Source: Octopus sinensis
Lineage: Eukaryota
NCBI RefSeq assembly: GCF_006345805.1
Contig: NW_021827294.1
Coordinates: 1-11,072 of the forward strand
DNA: 11,072 nt
Reading direction: 5' to 3'
In this document: positions 7,100 to 11,072 of the stretch, piece after piece
How the letters are laid out: each line of letters starts with the position of its first letter
How positions within the stretch are numbered: the first letter of the stretch is position 1
Notes under the pieces: model-generated
What the model was told of the DNA's origin: nothing
Seen by the model: only the letters and a program-made list of their open reading frames with translations
Databases searched by the model: none
Position numbers and translations under genes: made by a program

Positions 7100-9225
7100 T
7101 GTTATAGTGTATATATCCAGCAATCTCGTTCTTGTTCTACCTCTACGTCTCCTACCGGATGGTTGGTCTTGAATCTATTTTTCAGTTCCTTCTTGCCACT
7201 TTCTAATTACATATACGTAGTAGTGGAACTGTAGCCTCTCTCTCTCTCTCTCGTCCTGGAGAAACACCTTGATCTCTGAGTTGCGCAACCTGTCGAGAAA
7301 CAGAACTCCAGAGATCCTCCGGGTGAGCTTCGTTTCGGCTACGAATACAGATGTATTTGCGATCGTACTCCTTCGTTCATTGCCCAACATTCATCGCCAC
7401 AGGTGAAGATAAGCACGAACATAAATTGAATATAGCAAGTTTGGTTTTTACAAACCTCTGTCTTAAGGTCGAATGCTGAAGGTGGTACATTACTGGATTA
7501 ACACCAGCAATTCTAGCATCCAATTCTGCCTCTTTCCTCTCGTCACTCGTGAATACTGCGCCGAGATACTTAAAATTCTCAACCTGTCTCAGTAATGTTC
7601 CACTAACATACAGAGTGCACTGCAAAGACTTTCTTGAGCGAATCAGTGTCTCAGTTTCTGCGACATTAATTCTCATCCCTGCTTTGCAGTACTCAGCAGA
7701 TAAATTCATTCAGTACATTGTAGAGATTACCTTCTGAAGAAAAAAGCGGCGCCATTTCACCTGCAAATATCAGCCAACCAATTCTACACCAATATATTGT
7801 GATACCACTTCCAAAATGGCTGCACGTTAATCCAGTTCATAAAAATTATGAAAATGAGAGGTGTCGATACACACCTCTACCGAAGTCCAACATCCACGTA
7901 CAACAATGTACCGTATTAGTACAATTTACTCGAACACAAACATCTAGGTATTAGTTTGGGGACTTCACAGTAACCAAAAGTTGCCCATTAATTCCAAACT
8001 CCAGCAAAACCCTCCACAGTATGTCCCGCGACACGCAGTTATATTCCTTTTCAGGGTGTACAAAGCAAACGAACACTTCTTGGCAATATTCCTAGGATTT
8101 CTAGAAGACCTCGCATAGAGTCGATATCTGATTAGTTGTCCAGGAGTTGGATTATCAACCCGGACTTCCACTGCTTTGTTTTCTTTCCAAAGGTTCAAGT
8201 CACCTGACACGCATTGATCTGCTAGGGAATACCTTCTCTAATACTTTTAACATCTCAGGCCAAAATTCATCATCTCCAGCGGACTTACAACATTTGAACG
8301 CTTCAATTATCTATATGACTTTAACGTCAGTGAGGTTAGTCTTTACACATAGATGGATCTCGTATCCACCAGAAGATATTTATTGTGACCGGATTTAGAA
8401 GATCAGCAAAGTACTCTCTCCACATTCTGAGAATACGCTTCTCTGAAGAAAGAATCTCAGCCGAGTTCTTAATGACATGCGTGGAAGACGGCTTCTTGTT
8501 ACGAAGTCGGTGGATGGTCTGCCTGAATACTTTATTGGCCAACCTATAGTCAGAGTCCAGCTTGACGCCAAAGTCCTTCCATGACTTAGGCGCGAAAAGT
8601 TGCAACAGAGACAGTAAGAACGTCTAAGGTTAAGTGTACTACCTGCGCAAAAGAGGAGGCTTTGTAAGCTATTTCTTTGTTCGGATTGCAAATTTTGACT
8701 TCCAGGTTAAATCAAGGGGTTCTTTACTACTTGGCTCCACACCGAGCCGCTTACGTACAGCCGAAGAAGAAACTGCTGAACAAAACTATCTCCACTCAAT
8801 TGCGACATACTCAGTTTGTTCAGAAAATTCTCCAAATTTGGATGCAATAGTGTCTGCATATTTTTTCTGAAACAATTATTCGCCAGGGCTTCCTACTTTA
8901 TCCTATACTGGACCTACTAGTTTTGTGAGTTCTCCCTGCTGTAGAGACTCTCAAATTGCAAACAGTTAGGTGGTGATCAGGTGATAGATCCACCTCTCTC
9001 TTTACACGAACGTCCAAAGAAGAATCAGAGAAGTCAGAGACGATAACAAAATCTATCAATGACCAATGACCTCTCTCCAAAAGTATTCCTGTACCAGATA
9101 TACCAAAGAGTATCCCTGTGTTAGAAGAAGGTGTTCATAATGGCGAGCCCATTTCCAGCAAAGAAGTTTAGTAAGACCTCTTCATTTGCATTTCTCCCCC
9201 ATCACTCCTTTCTATGTCCAGTGTC
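7100..9225 (-). pseudogene. Decayed, 5'-truncated RTE-clade LINE (APE endonuclease C-terminal part plus reverse transcriptase; Expander/Rex3-like)
   Basis: Ordered remnants on the minus strand: GLAIMNTFF; SLIDFVIVS..VKREVDLSPDHHL (APE end); SWKDFG..WREYFADLLNP; DEFWPEMLK; TNQISTL..CFVHPEKEYNCVSRDILW; VGLR*RCVSTPLIFIIFMNWI; LIFAGE (decayed FADD); VENFKYLGAVFTSD; FLDRLRNSEI; PSGRRRRGRTRTR. Many stops and frameshifts, a (CT)n insertion at 7236-7252, and a deletion near 8230-8250. Both ends are approximate. Confidence 0.88.
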
Positions 9226-9252
9226 CTTGTAGGTCAAATGACTTGGTTTTAA

Positions 9253-9360
9253 CTGACATGGGAAGCAACCAAGAAACACGCCAATGACCGCAAAAAGTGG
9301 AAAACAACTGTTGAGGCCCTATGCTCCACAAAGGGCAAAAAGGATTAAGAGGAAGAAGAG
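9253..9360 (+). mobile_element. 3' terminal fragment of a second RTE-type LINE
   Basis: 9253-9348 reads LTWEATKKHANDRKKWKTTVEALCSTKGKKD*, resembling the RTE C-terminal 'TW..A..R..W...V.ALC' motif, followed by a short purine-repeat tail. Confidence 0.6.
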
Positions 9361-9431
9361 AAAGCTGCAATGACATCTTCAAGAAAGGAATTGTGTTTGG
9401 ATTCACTGTTTCGTGCATGTACTTGCAACAG

Positions 9432-9506
9432 CCACTGCGGTCCTTCCTTCAGCCGGAGTTACACAGCGAGATTCACTCCATAACGCAATCTCAGAGCCGA
9501 GAACTT
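9432..9506 (+). other. Possible 75-nt host exon
   Basis: CAG acceptor (9429-9431; an alternative, TCCTTCCTTCAG at 9452, gives 54 nt), strong donor GTGAGT at 9507. Both lengths are multiples of 3 and two frames are open. No homology recognised. Confidence 0.25.
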
Positions 9507-9834
9507 GTGAGTATCCCTATTCCTGCTCTGTACTCGTTATATATCGTGAATAAACAGAGAAACAGGGATCAGCCAGCAAAGAGGAAGATTATGAATCGAA
9601 GAAGAAAAGAATGATAAGGCGCAGAAGAGGAAGAGGAAATAAGGCTGAAGGGAGACCGAGAATGGGGAAGAGTGTTCAGGAGTGGACGGAATGATTAAAG
9701 AGAAAGCGATGGAGGTGGGGGGGGGAGTCGTAAGGAGTGAACGTGAAAATTAATCATACAACTGGTATTCTTGGATTTATGGGAAGAAAATAGATAAAAA
9801 TAGACATAAAATATAAAAATAGCAGTGGCCACAT

Positions 9835-10009
9835 ATGATGATGATGATGATGATGATGATGACGACGACGACGGTGACAAGACCAACAACAATAATGGGT
9901 TTTAATTTTGGCACGAAGCCAGTAGTTTCTAAGGGAGAAGGTTAGTCGTTACCGCCGGTGTTAGTATTTGACTATTGCTTTATCGACCCCGAAAAGATGA
10001 TAGGCAAAG
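9835..10009 (-). mobile_element. 3' part of a Nin/Deu-like SINE with an (ATC)n/(GTC)n tail
   Basis: Reverse complement reads CTTTGCCTATCATCTTTTCGGGGTCGATAAA ... TGGCTTCGTGCCAAAATTAAAACC, then a trinucleotide tail (9835-9873). Shares a motif with 3078-3098. Confidence 0.6.
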
Positions 10010-10037
10010 ATGAAAGATAAATAGAGAGGTAGGTGGG

Positions 10038-10175
10038 ATTTGGATGGATGGATGGATGGATGGATGGATGGATGGATGGATGGATGGATGGATGGATGGA
10101 TGGATAGATAGACAAACAGATTGACAGATAGATAGATAAATAGATAGACAGACAGACAGACAGATATATAGATAA

Positions 10176-10244
<69 letters not shown>

Positions 10245-10288
10245 AGATAGATAGATAGATAGATAGATATAGATAGATAGATAGAGAG

Positions 10289-10320
<32 letters not shown>

Positions 10321-10375
10321 CAGATAGATAGATAGATAGATAGATACGCAAACAAACAGATAAACGAAGAGATGG
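10038..10375. repeat. Compound (GGAT)n/(GATA)n/(GACA)n microsatellite
   Basis: Read directly. It is the source of the LSIY/HPSI ORFs. Confidence 0.96.
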
Positions 10376-10934
10376 ATATATATATGCTATACACACATCT
10401 TTTTGAGAGTAACATTTTAGTGCTTGAAGCTGTTGAATTTGTTCTTCTTTATACGATTTATACTTTGTAAGTCATTCAACACATGCTGGATTCATTCTGT
10501 TCATTTTCTGTATATCTGTCTCGTAATGCTTAAAGAAACAGCGCTTCAACACTCCTTGCTATAACAGCGTCTCTACTTAGTTGCTCTGTTTGTCATTTGT
10601 ATTTGAAAGTCCATTCTACTTTCTTATCTTATCGTACATATAATAAAGTGCAATGAAGCGGTCACGCTGGACGGGAGGAACTAAAATAGCAAACGGAGTA
10701 GAAGTGAATGGTACTGAGAGATGCTAAATGCAGGTGAATTATAATGAGATGTTTTGCTCTGAAGTCGTTGGTATTTTAATCAAATTGAAACTAAATTTTT
10801 TTCGTAAAATATATTTGTTTTATCAATTTAACACATACACACAAATATTATATATGAAATTAAATATTAAACTCTTTTGTTTTCAAATATTATCGTTCAT
10901 GTAACATTTATAAACTTCATATATATATATATAC

Positions 10935-11072
10935 ACTCTTTACTTGTTTTAGTCATCTGAATGTGGCCTTGCTGGAGCAATGCCTTTTAGTCGAGCAAAT
11001 CGACCCCAGGACTTATTTGTTGTAAGCCTAGTACTTATACTATCCGTCTCTTTTGCCGAACCGCTAAGTTAC
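10935..11072 (-). mobile_element. tRNA-derived SINE, copy 4 (3' third; runs off the right edge)
   Basis: Reverse complement matches GTAACTTAGCGGTTCGGCAAAAGAGAC..AAGTCCTGGGGTCGATTTGCTCGACTAAAAGGC..GCTCCAGCA..AAACAAGTAAAGAG of the other copies. (TA)n at 10918-10933 lies at its tail. Confidence 0.88.

Noticed and set aside
10421-10466. Possible exon between TTTTAG and GTAAGT
   Set aside because: 46 nt, AT-rich, weak pyrimidine tract and no recognisable peptide; such signals are common by chance.
1-11072. CRISPR array, rRNA or true tRNA gene, prokaryotic operon
   Set aside because: No regularly spaced repeat-spacer units. The tRNA-like boxes belong to SINE heads, and the sequence is clearly eukaryotic repeat DNA.

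Overview
Eukaryotic, AT-rich, repeat-dense DNA with no intact protein-coding gene. It is probably an octopus (cephalopod) intron or intergenic region; I infer this from recognising the tRNA-derived SINE family and have not confirmed it by a search. The window is a mosaic of mobile-element relics. These are two head-to-tail non-autonomous Helitrons, an internally deleted maT (DD37D-type) Tc1/mariner carrying a nested SINE, a pogo/Tigger-like MITE, and a near full-length but dead DD34D mariner. It also holds four copies of one tRNA-SINE, two fragments of a second (Nin/Deu-like) SINE, a ~260 bp multi-hairpin foldback element, a ~2.1 kb decayed RTE-clade LINE with a second RTE 3' fragment, and many microsatellites. 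The most interesting non-obvious signal is a degenerate type-I minimal hammerhead ribozyme core at 6845-6887, of the kind associated with Penelope-like elements. A possible 75-nt host exon lies at 9432-9506. Most ORFs in the supplied track are artefacts of microsatellites or decayed transposons.
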